DNA from: an uncultured Acidobacteriota bacterium
GTDB taxonomy: Bacteria; Acidobacteriota; UBA6911
Direction of reading: 5' to 3'
Length of the DNA: 64,000 nt
Assembly: GCA_963827655.1 (NCBI GenBank)
Contig: CAWHCF010000052.1
Location: 1-64,000, forward strand
Both the position numbers and the translations under genes were made by a program. Below are positions 9,483 through 18,548 of this stretch, piece after piece. A model generated the notes under the pieces. It was not told where the DNA came from. It worked only from the letters and a program-made list of their open reading frames with translations, and did not search any database. The number at the start of each line of letters is the position of its first letter. Position 1 is the first letter of the stretch.

Positions 9483-10492
9483 GCTCGTCAGCTTTTTCAG
9501 TTAAGCGGGATCTTCGCCAGGAGGTCACGGACTCCATCATTGCCGCTTTGGAGAGAGGCGTCGCGCCCTGGCAGAAGCCATGGCAGACGGGCGCCTTCGA
9601 AATGCCTCTTAATCCGACATCCGGGAAATCCTATCGCGGCGGAAACGCGATTCACCTGATGGTTGTTGGGATGCGGAACGGCTACGAAGACCCACGCTGG
9701 CTTACGTATCGCCAGGCGCAAGAAAACGGCTGGCATGTCCGGCGTGGCGAGAAGGGCACCCAGATCGAATTCTGGCAGTTCCCAGATGCAGAATCCGCTT
9801 CGCGCGAGAACCCCCCGAAGGACGCCGGCGATTCGCGCAACGACCGCCTCATCTACCGTGTCTACACGATCTTCAACGCGCGACAGATCGACGGAATCCC
9901 GGCGCATGTGCCACCCGTCCGCCAGGAGTGGGAGATCGCTCAAGCCGCGGAGTCAATCCTTCAACACAACGGTGCCCGCATTTACCACGACCAGGCCGAT
10001 CGCGCCTTTTACGATCGCAGTTCCGACAGCATCCATCTCCCACCGAGGTCAGCATTCAAGTCGGCCGGGGCCTACTACGGAACCGCCCTCCATGAGTCTG
10101 CCCACGCCAGCGGGCACCCGACACGGCTCAACCGAGAGACCCTCAACGAATCCTATCGCTTCGGCGATTTGGCCTATGCCAAAGAAGAACTCCGGGCGGA
10201 ATTGGCCAGCGTCTTTCTGATGGCCGAGCGCGGCATCCCCCACAATCCCGACAGCCACGCCGCCTACCTCAGCTCCTGGATCAACTGCCTTCGAGAGGAC
10301 CGACACGAAATCTTCCGCGCCGCCCGCGATGCCCACCGCGCCGCCGATTTCCTGATCGCCCTCGAGTACTACAAGTCAGTCGACCAGGCCCTCGCCCACG
10401 TGAACGCCCCCCAGACCGGCATGCGCCACTGCCATAGCGCCCCCACTAGGGGAAGTCATCCAAGTCGCGAGACGCAGCAATCAAGGAGTTGA
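9479..10492 (+). CDS. ardC: ArdC-family antirestriction protein (ssDNA-binding plus zincin-like domain)
   Basis: PWQKPW, YRGGN, WLTYRQA, VRRGEKG, IFNARQIDG, AFY...DSIHLP, LHESAHASGH, YAKEELRAE; true end may be 10505. Confidence 0.93.
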   Translation: MSSSAFSVKRDLRQEVTDSIIAALERGVAPWQKPWQTGAFEMPLNPTSGKSYRGGNAIHLMVVGMRNGYEDPRWLTYRQAQENGWHVRRGEKGTQIEFWQFPDAESASRENPPKDAGDSRNDRLIYRVYTIFNARQIDGIPAHVPPVRQEWEIAQAAESILQHNGARIYHDQADRAFYDRSSDSIHLPPRSAFKSAGAYYGTALHESAHASGHPTRLNRETLNESYRFGDLAYAKEELRAELASVFLMAERGIPHNPDSHAAYLSSWINCLREDRHEIFRAARDAHRAADFLIALEYYKSVDQALAHVNAPQTGMRHCHSAPTRGSHPSRETQQSRS

Positions 10493-10609
10493 GATGGAAC
10501 GTTGAGGGTCACTCAAGCTCAGGCGCGTCGGTCTGTCCGAATCGACTCGCGAGCATTCAGACAGTCTGGCTCTGATTGATCTCTACAAGGTGAACGCTGG
10601 GGCCCGAAG

Positions 10610-10792
10610 TCACCACCGACTGCGCTGCCTTCTTCGGATAATCATGCCGGCAACAGTGAGGGCGAGGAGCGTAACGGCCATGAGTGCGAACCACCTGGGT
10701 CCATTACTCGGACCGGCAAGGTAGTAGCAGAACAGGAACAAGATCAACAGACAGAACTGCACCTGCCAAATCCTGATGATGATTCGAAGCAT
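10610..10792 (-). CDS. Small two-TM membrane protein with Arg-rich tail
   Basis: AAGGTAGGTG RBS-like upstream; two hydrophobic segments; ends RRRQRSRW. Confidence 0.55.
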   Translation of the reverse strand: MLRIIIRIWQVQFCLLILFLFCYYLAGPSNGPRWFALMAVTLLALTVAGMIIRRRQRSRW

Positions 10793-11005
10793 AGCCAACA
10801 CCTACCTTATTCCAGTCCAGCAGGCGCCAAATCCCGCGGAGAATTCTCGCCCAGATCCTCTCATGTTCTGGCGCTGCCATCAAGGAGTGAGAGACTATTT
10901 GTGACGCTTCAAACGCTACCATCCCGACCGATTGGCACTAATCGGGTAAGTCATCGGACAAGAAACGATGCGTAGCGCCATCACTGCAGAGGGGAGGGGT
11001 GAACG

Positions 11006-11988
11006 ATGCTCACTGACGGCGACCTGAACGAATACAGACCACGTGCGAGCACATCCGAGATCGAGACGTACCTTCGCAACGTGATAAAGAAACTCCTCGG
11101 ACGTGGTGCTGAGAGAACGGCGCAATGCCCGCGAGCTTCTGCGCACGCCCACGGAGACCGCAACCCGAGCTGCAGCGTCAACGTCGAGCGCGGCGTCTTG
11201 TACTGTCATGTGTGCGCGCTCAAAGGGAATATCGAACAACTCTGGTACTCGCTCGGTTGGCCACGCCCGCCCTGGCTCAATGGTAGCGGCAATCGCAACC
11301 ATCGAAGGGCGAGCCTTATAAACGGATCTGGAACGAGACCGGCCCTATATTTAGCGGAAGCCAGGCCTGGCGCTACCTGTGCGAAACGCGACGCATTGCA
11401 ATCGAGAAATTTCCAGATGATATTCGGTTCCATCCTGCGCTCTGGTATTACCAAGATCAGACGAGACGGCAATTCCCCGCGATTGTCGCTCTAGTCCGCG
11501 GACCCGACCGCATTGAGCGGGGCATCTTTCGGATTTACCTAAGCACTGGCGGTAGCAAGGCCCCGGTTCCGAACGGAACATGCAAGAAAGCCCTCGGGGG
11601 GATCAGTGGAGGTGCGATCTATTTCGGCGAGCCAGGGCCGGCTCTTAATATCGGAGAGGGCCTGGAAACAAGTCTTGCCGTCTTCGCTGCCACCGGGTGC
11701 TGGACTTGCTCCGCGGTGTCGACGTCAGGAATAAAGCGCTTCGAAATCCCAGCGGAGGTCAAGACTCTAAATATCTGGGCCGACCACGACCGTTCCGAGA
11801 TCGGAGAAAAAAGCGCTCGCGCACTTGCGGCTCGGGCCCACAGACAAGGGTTCGCCGTATTTGTTTTCGTTCCACCTGGTCCAATCGCTGAGGGCAAGAA
11901 AAGCAGAGATTGGCTCGACGTTTACAATCAGGATGGACCAGCAGGGCGCCGCGGCTCGAAATCGAACGCGGTAAGCCCTGGCCGCTAG
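11006..11988 (+). pseudogene. Zn-finger plus Toprim primase, frameshifted
   Basis: CPRASAHAHGDRNPSCS...YCHVC; in another frame IGEGLETSLA...LNIWADHD...DWLDV. Confidence 0.8.
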
Positions 11989-12015
11989 CCCAGAAGAGCC
12001 ATCCGGAGAAGGCCC

Positions 12016-13873
12016 GTGACTGGAGACGGCGGAAGAGAACAGCTTCAATCTACTGAGAAGTGGGAGGCAGGCACGCAGCCAACTAAGGAGGGACTAACCA
12101 GCTCGCAGATTCTACTCAGATACGCACATGAAGAAACAGAACTGTTCCATACGCCGGACTACCGCATACGCTACCGTTTCCTTAGAGGATCACACCGAGA
12201 ATTGGCCAGTCCGCCGCTCTAAGGATTTTCGTTGTTGGCTGATTCGACGGTTTTTCAAACGACCACCACAAACCTCCGTCCGCGCAAGCAATATTAGATG
12301 CACTTGGGGTTCTGGAGGCCCGCGCGCTTGATGGAAAGGAACTTCCAGTTTTCGTCCGCGTGGGCGAGGCTGACGATGCGATCTACCTGGATCTGGCCAA
12401 TAAAGAATCGGGAAGTGGTGGAGATTACCCGCGACGGATGGCGTGTCGTGAAGAACTACCCGTACGGTTCCGGCGAGCACGCGGTATGTTCGCGCTCCCC
12501 CGCCCAATGAACAGGCCGTTTAGTAACTAATCGGACCCGTTCGTAAACCTAAAGGGCGAATACCTGATTCTATTTAAGGCGGTCCTCATTCGGCGCAATT
12601 CGGCCCGGGGCCCGTATCCTGTTGCAGTCTTCCACGGCAATCATGGAAGCGCCAAGAGCACAACCACGAAGATTCTAAAAACTCTGATCGATCCCAGTAA
12701 GGCGCCGCTGCGCTCGACTCCGCGAGACGAACGTGACGCCATGATTACTGCTTCAAGTCTCGTGGTTGCTAGCGTTCGACAACCTCAGCAGCTTGCCATC
12801 AGGGCTATCGGATGTCTTTTGTCGACTAGCCACTGGCGGTGGCCTCGGAACTCGGGAGCTCTTTACAGACAGCGACTAGGTGATCTTTGATGCCCAGCGC
12901 CCAATAAATCTTCAAAAACGGGATTAACGAAATCTAAACGTGCCCCTATCTCTTAGACTGCGCTATTATTTTCTCCCTCGATGAGATCGATGAGGACCGA
13001 CGGCAGGATGAAAAGCAATTCTGGGCGGCCTTCAACAAGGTCCATCCGAGGATTCTCGGTGCCGTTCTGGATGCCGCCTGGACAGCTTTACGGAACGAGC
13101 CTGAACTGAAATCCTCGCCCCTGCCCCGCCTGGCTGATTTCGCCCGATTCATTATGGCGGCTGAGCCAGCCCTAGAACGGCCCAAGGCGCATTCCTTAAA
13201 GGCTTATGTCTCGAATCGCGAGGCCGGCAACGAGCTTGCGCTGGAAGCCAGCGACATTGGGACCGCGATGTTGCGGTTCGGAGATTCTCTTTCGGGAGAG
13301 TGGAAAGGTTCCGCCACAGAGCTGCTAAACACACTAAACGCCACCCAAGACGTCGAGATCCAGCGTCGTAAGGACTGGCCGAAGGATGGGAGGAACCTTT
13401 CAAACAAGTTGCGGAATCTGGCACCGAATCTTCATGCGGCCGCTGTTTCTGTGACCTTTGGTCGTGAGCCCGGTGGAAAACGTCCCAGGTGGATTGCCGT
13501 GCAGAAAATGCCTGTAAAACAGCGTCCCGAGCGTCCCATGGCGTCCCTGGGTGGGGCAAGGGGGGACGCTTCATACACCACTAGGGACGCAAGAGGGGAC
13601 GCTGCCGACCACGCTAATCATCTACCAGGGACGGTAGGGACGGACCGGGACGCTGTTTTACAGGCATCTTCGATCGATGACCGGCCACCCTGGAAAAATG
13701 AGCTGTCCCGTCGCTTAGTGGAGATGAAACAGAAGCGACACGCCGAGGCGGATAGGCCGGGTATCGAAAAGAGAGCGGATGGCGAGAGCTGCCTTTCATG
13801 CCGTTCTACTGAGAAATGGCGACGATTACCGGATGAGCCGTGGACCTGCGTTAAGTGCCATCCGTTTATCTAA
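12016..13873 (+). pseudogene. Satellite/prophage-type P-loop NTPase/helicase, many frameshifts and a TAG at 12877
   Basis: LFHTPD, HGNHGSAKSTT Walker A at ~12633-12665, AFDNLS, CRLATGGGLGTRELFTD, WKGSATELL, C-terminal CxxC...WTCVKCHP. Confidence 0.8.
13481..13667. repeat. CGTCCC/GGGACG iteron-like array with 22-bp inverted repeat
   Basis: 4x CGTCCC then 6x GGGACG; perfect IR 13508-13529 / 13646-13667. Confidence 0.85.
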
Positions 13874-13970
13874 AAAGGACACGATTGTCATGGGAGTTTT
13901 CGAGTGGATCCAGGGACGAGGATAGCAACGATGAAGGGATAGGGCGTGATGCCGGTTACAAGACGACTTG

Positions 13971-13999
13971 TTGACTTGTTAACCAATAATGGGCAGAAT
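13971..13999 (+). promoter_or_regulatory. Sigma70-like promoter for RHH-xis-int
   Basis: TTGACT-17 bp-CAGAAT upstream of RBS AAGAGGAG. Confidence 0.55.
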
Positions 14000-14036
14000 C
14001 TCTTTCCTGAACCATTCTTAAGAGGAGAAAGACACT

Positions 14037-14176
14037 ATGCCCAATCCAATCGTTGGCCTGCGGATCGATCCGGATCTAGTCCTGGCCATGAAAATCCGCG
14101 CGCTTCAGGAAAAGCGGAGCTTGCAGGAGATTACCGAGGAGCTCTGGCGCGCGTATCTTGGAATTGAGGGACGTGA
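14037..14176 (+). CDS. Ribbon-helix-helix (CopG/Arc-like) regulator, 3' end uncertain
   Basis: IVGLRIDPDLVLAMKIRALQEKRSLQEITEELWRAYL fits an RHH; strong RBS. Confidence 0.7.
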
Positions 14177-14362
14177 TGAAGCTACTGACCGAAGAGGAAG
14201 CGGCAAGCGTTCTGCGGTGCTCGCGAAAGACGCTTTATCGGATGCGAAGCCAGGGCGTCGGCCCGAAGTGGATGCGGATCGGGCTGCGACGGAGGAACGA
14301 TCCGCTACGACGGAACACTGGCTCGAAGAATACGTCGAAGCGCAGGCGGGAGGGAAGAATGA
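14176..14362 (+). CDS. Excisionase / AlpA-like HTH, frameshifted
   Basis: MKLLTEEEAASVLRCSRKTLYRMRSQGVGPKWMRIG followed by IRY in a shifted frame. Confidence 0.8.
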
Positions 14363-15807
14363 GCCTCTACAAACGCGGAAACGTCTGGTGGACGAGATTC
14401 ATGATCGACGGCAAGCTCCAGTGGCTTTCGACTCACATGACAAACAAAAACGAGGCTCGTGACAAGGAGCGCGAAATAATCAGTCAGGTCCGAAGCGGCA
14501 AACCGCCGGCACCTTCGCCGGTATCGCTCGTGGAATTTCTGCGCGGTTCGTTCCTGCCTTACGTCGAAGTCAACTTCCGACAGAAGCCAAAGACGCGCGA
14601 CTATTACGTCTTCGGCGCCCGCCGGCTCGAGCGAGGAATTCTCTCGAAGCTCGAGCTCGACCAGATCGATTCGAAGAGATCAGTAAATTCATTCATTCAC
14701 TCGGTGAAGAGCTTTCGCCTTCTACCGTCAACCAGGCACTGCGGACCTTGCGCCGGGCCCTGAACGTGGCCTGCCAATGGAAGAAGATTCCTTGCGGCGC
14801 CGAAGTTCTCGCTTCTTACCGAGCGTAAGCGCGAACAGGTCATCGATGAAGACCAGGAAGCCGCTTACCTCGCTGCCGCCGAAGAACCCTGGCGCACAAT
14901 CGCGACCATCTGGATCGAACTCGGGATGCGGCCCGGCGAGATCGTTCGTCTCCGCGCAGAAGATCTCGACTGGTCGATGCTCCAGATCCAGGTCCGCGCC
15001 GGAAAGAGCCAGGCCGCGCGCCGGACCCTGCCGATGACAGGAAATGTCTATAGGGCGCTCTCGGCTCATTACGAAAGACTGGGCTCACCGGAAGAAGGCT
15101 GGATCTTCCATCGCCAAATGACCCAGCAGAACACGTCAGCGAAAAACGTATCGTCGACTGGCATGAAAAGACCCTCGAACGACTCTTTCGATGAGAAGAT
15201 GTCCGATCCGATGATGAAGAGAACTTATGTCGCCCAGGCGCGGGAACCCTGGCGGACGATTATCATTCTGCGGGATGAGACCGGCCTGCGGGTCGCCGAT
15301 ATGGTCCGGTTACGTCACTCGGACATTCATCTTTCCAAGCGCGGGGTGGAGATCGTCCGCAGCGAGAAGAGGATCCGGAAGATCAAGCTCAGCAATCCTG
15401 CCGTGAAGGTGCTCAGAATCTTATCTGCGATCGAGCCGGAAAATCGTCGGAATGGGTCTTTCCCTGCGACTAATCCCGCAAAACACGTCCATCGGAAACG
15501 TGTCCGCGATTGGCACGCGCAGACGCTGAAGCGAATGCCTGGCGCCTTCGTGCCTTATGTCATGCGTCACACCGCTCTCACTCGCCTTGCGAATTCCGAG
15601 GGCGTTTCGCTCACGACTGTCGCCGCCGCTGCCGGCCACAGTTCGATCGCCGTTACCCAGCGTTACGTTCACCCGCAGAAGAATGACATCCGCAAGGCCT
15701 TCGAGCTCAAGACAGGCGAACGGATCGGCGATGCGCGCCGACGCGAGGTTCTGCGGCCGGTTGAAGACACGGATCGGACTGGAGACAAAATTGGAGACAA
15801 TGATTGA
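14359..15807 (+). CDS. int: Tyrosine recombinase/integrase with internal duplication, frameshifted
   Basis: MSLYKRGNVWW arm-binding start; LGMRPGEI and TGLRVADM box-I copies; YVMRH; AGHSSIAVTQRYVH. Confidence 0.92.
15780..15800 (+). repeat. TGGAGACAA direct repeat, candidate integrase arm-type sites
   Basis: Copies at 15780-15788 and 15792-15800, ~75 bp from tRNA 3' end. Confidence 0.6.
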
Positions 15808-15872
15808 TGACGCAATGGTCGTGATTCCGCGAAGTAACTTGAGTTCCTTGAAATATCTGCAGCAAGTGAGGT

Positions 15873-15966
15873 TGGCGGAGAGGGTGGGATTCGAACCCAC
15901 GTACACCCTTTTGGGGCGTAACTCGATTTCGAGTCGAGCCCGTTACGACCTCTTCGGTACCTCTCC
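15873..15966 (-). tRNA. tRNA-Ser(CGA)
   Basis: GGAGAGG acceptor stem, anticodon arm CTCGA-CTCGAAA-TCGAG, long variable arm, GTTCGAATC, encoded CCA. Confidence 0.97.
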
Positions 15967-16082
15967 GGGGCAGAAGGGTACCAAAGTTGACGGATTTCCC
16001 ATAAACTATTTCGCCGCGCGCCGAAGGCTCGCTGGAAGGCGCTTCGTCTAAATATCAGAATCGCGCAAGGGGTTGTGAAACC

Positions 16083-16319
16083 ATGGCCGAGCGATCCGTT
16101 TATGCAAAGATGGGACGGCTCTCAGCCATCATCGTGATTCTGCCGTCCTCGATGGCTTCGGGCGGGCTTCTGGGGTACTTCGTGCTCGATCGTTATCTCG
16201 GGATTTTCCCCTGGGGAACCATCCTGATGACGCTTTTCGGGGCTGGCGCGGGTTTCTACCAAATCGTCAGGCTTCTGACCCACGATGACAATGATAACCC
16301 TCGACCTGAAGAGAATTGA
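16083..16319 (+). CDS. atpZ: AtpZ/AtpI-family ATP synthase accessory protein
   Basis: Two TM helices, GYFVLDRYLGIFPWG; heads atp cluster. Confidence 0.8.
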   Translation: MAERSVYAKMGRLSAIIVILPSSMASGGLLGYFVLDRYLGIFPWGTILMTLFGAGAGFYQIVRLLTHDDNDNPRPEEN

Positions 16320-16674
16320 GCGGCGCCTCGCCTGGATCGGGATAGGGCTGGTTCTGGCCGGAAGCATTGTGACGGCCCTCAGGTTCGGACTGCTGACCGG
16401 CGCTTCTTTCCTCGCAGGGGGAGCGCTGGCAGCTGCGAACCTGGCATGGCTGCGTCAGATCGTGAGCGGGCTCGTGTTCAGCGACCCGAAGACATCCAGG
16501 CGCCGGCTCCTGGCCGGCTACATCGTGCGCCTCGTGTTGATTCCGCTCGGCCTCTATGCTATGATCCGGTTTCTTTCCTTGAGTATACCCGCTGCAGTGG
16601 CCGGATTTGCGGTCTTCAACTGCAGCGTTTTTGTTGAAGGCGTCCTCGAAGCTTTCGGATACCGTCCCAGATAA
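16285..16674 (+). CDS. atpI: ATP synthase protein I
   Basis: Four TM helices, directly upstream of atpB. Confidence 0.8.
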   Translation: MTMITLDLKRIERRLAWIGIGLVLAGSIVTALRFGLLTGASFLAGGALAAANLAWLRQIVSGLVFSDPKTSRRRLLAGYIVRLVLIPLGLYAMIRFLSLSIPAAVAGFAVFNCSVFVEGVLEAFGYRPR

Positions 16675-16675
16675 A

Positions 16676-17419
16676 ATGCACGAGCATAGCGAAGTAGCCC
16701 TGTTTCTTAATAAACACCTGTTTGATCCCATAGCCCGCGCCCTGGGATTGTCTGTTGCGGAAGGGCATCACGCCGTCCCCGACCACATCGTGATGATCCT
16801 TCTTATCACCCTTGGTCTGGTGTCGTTTTCACTCTGGGCCCGGCGGCGGTTCAGCGTCGAGAATCCGACCAAGGTGCAGCACGTGCTCGAGGTGGTGCTG
16901 GATGCGATTCAGGGATTGATGAAGGAAGTCATAGGAAAGGAGACCCGGAAGTTCCTGCCGCTGATCGGCACGCTCGCAATCTATATTCTGCTGGGCAACA
17001 TCATAGGTCTGATTCCGGGCTTTCTGTCACCAACCAGCAATCTTAACGTTACTGCGTCGTGCGCCATTTGTGTGTTTGTTTACTACAACTATCAGGGTAT
17101 CCGGAAGCACGGCCTTGTGAAATATCTCAAACACTTCGCGGGCCCGGTCTGGTGGCTGTCCTGGCTCCTGTTTCCGGTTGAGATCGTCAGCCACATGGCC
17201 CGGCCATTTTCCCTGAGCATGAGGCTTTTCGGAAATATCTTTGCCGAAGAGTTGATTGTCTCATCTCTCAATAAGTACATATTCCCGTTCCTGGCCTCCG
17301 TGCCGGTAATGTTTCTCGCCTTGTTCGCCAGCACGATTCAGGCCTTCATCTTCATTCTTCTGACCATGGTCTACATCTCGGGTGCGGTGGAAGAGGCTCA
17401 TGAAGAGGCGCACGGCTAG
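16676..17419 (+). CDS. atpB: F0 ATP synthase subunit a
   Basis: PTSNLNVT, RPFSLSMRLFGNI, IQAFIFILL. Confidence 0.97.
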   Translation: MHEHSEVALFLNKHLFDPIARALGLSVAEGHHAVPDHIVMILLITLGLVSFSLWARRRFSVENPTKVQHVLEVVLDAIQGLMKEVIGKETRKFLPLIGTLAIYILLGNIIGLIPGFLSPTSNLNVTASCAICVFVYYNYQGIRKHGLVKYLKHFAGPVWWLSWLLFPVEIVSHMARPFSLSMRLFGNIFAEELIVSSLNKYIFPFLASVPVMFLALFASTIQAFIFILLTMVYISGAVEEAHEEAHG

Positions 17420-17512
17420 GAGCAGACTGAGGCACGGCGCATGAGGGAGAGGCATAGACAGCGTCATGCCTGTACCCGGCGCAATTGAAACATCCTTGAA
17501 AGGAGATCTCTG

Positions 17513-17839
17513 ATGAGTAGAAAGTTGGTTCTGGCTGTGCTGGTTGGAATGGTGATGCTGGGGCTGGCTCTGCCGGTATTTGCGCAGGCGGAACCAGGGA
17601 CGGCCGCCCCGGCAGAGAAAAACATGTGGCTTCTGATTACCTCAGGGTTTTCGATGGCCCTGGCGGCCGCCGGGTGCGGCTACGCTCAGAGCCGTGCCCT
17701 CCAGGGTGCCTGCCTGGGAGTCTCCCGGAATCCGGGCGCCACGGACACGATCCGGATCTTCACCTTTCTCGGCCTCGCCTTCATTGAATTCCTGGCACTT
17801 TTGACCTTCGTCGTGATCATGCTCTTGCTGTACGCATAG
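17513..17839 (+). CDS. atpE: F0 ATP synthase subunit c with N-terminal extension
   Basis: SRNPGA loop, GLAFIEFLAL with carrier Glu. Confidence 0.95.
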   Translation: MSRKLVLAVLVGMVMLGLALPVFAQAEPGTAAPAEKNMWLLITSGFSMALAAAGCGYAQSRALQGACLGVSRNPGATDTIRIFTFLGLAFIEFLALLTFVVIMLLLYA

Positions 17840-17861
17840 CCGAGGTGTTATCAAGCTTGGA

Positions 17862-17889
17862 GGCCCGCGGCGTCACCCCGCCGCGGGCC
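17862..17889. terminator. Hairpin between convergent atpE and greA
   Basis: GGCCCGCGGCG-N6-CGCCGCGGGCC. Confidence 0.6.
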
Positions 17890-18040
17890 GGCAGGGTTCT
17901 TCCGGAGCCATCCCCCTCATTCTCCGCACGTCTCTCTATTCTCGACTCAGAGAAATGTCTCGAGTAAGTAATCGGGCTGCGCCGGGACGTGAGAAAATGG
18001 AAGTGACTCGTGGCAGATCCGCAGGCGGACGTGCGGATCT

Positions 18041-18511
18041 TCAATCTTCGGCTTCGTGGATTGTAACCAGATTGCGGATTTCGTAAGTTCTCTTGCCGGC
18101 AGGTGTAACGATCTGGACTTCGTCCCCGACCTGTCTGCCTACAAGGCTCCGGCCTATGGGAGAAGTAATAGAAATCAGTCCCTGGGCGAGATCGGATTCT
18201 TCCGGGCTGACCAGCCGGTATTCCGTCTCCTTTTCCACGTCGTACTCGAACAGAAGAACCTTTGATCCGTAGGCGATCCGATCGTGAGGGATCTTATCCA
18301 GATTCATTAGCGAAAGCGCCGCCAGTCGCTTCTGTAGCTGCGCCTTCTTGCTCTCCAGAAACGATTGCCGCTCCTTAGCCGACTTGTATTCCGCGTTCTC
18401 CCTCAAGTCACCGTGCTCTCTGGCCCGGAGAATCTCTTTGGGCAAGTCCACTCGGAGCTCGCGCTCGATCTGATTCAACTCGTCCTGCAGTTTCTTGCGA
18501 ACGTCAATCAA
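18041..18511 (-). CDS. greA: Transcription elongation factor GreA
   Basis: HGDLRENAEY, ISITSPIGRSL. Confidence 0.96.
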   Translation of the reverse strand: MIDVRKKLQDELNQIERELRVDLPKEILRAREHGDLRENAEYKSAKERQSFLESKKAQLQKRLAALSLMNLDKIPHDRIAYGSKVLLFEYDVEKETEYRLVSPEESDLAQGLISITSPIGRSLVGRQVGDEVQIVTPAGKRTYEIRNLVTIHEAED

Positions 18512-18548
18512 TGGACAATCCCCTAACGAGTCGCCACTTTGGGTAAGA

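Larger units (their letters stand above)
1..15872. mobile_element. Integrated mobilisable element / genomic island at tRNA-Ser(CGA), left boundary outside window
   Basis: Relaxase, T4CP, ArdC, two primases, Xis and a tyrosine integrase ending 66 bp from the tRNA 3' end; housekeeping genes begin right after the tRNA. Confidence 0.9.

Noticed and set aside
10493-11005. Internal att site between the two modules
   Set aside because: No copy of the tRNA-Ser 3' end found by eye
17513-17839. Na+-translocating ATP synthase
   Set aside because: The carrier Glu is followed by Phe-Leu, not Ser/Thr of the Na+ motif
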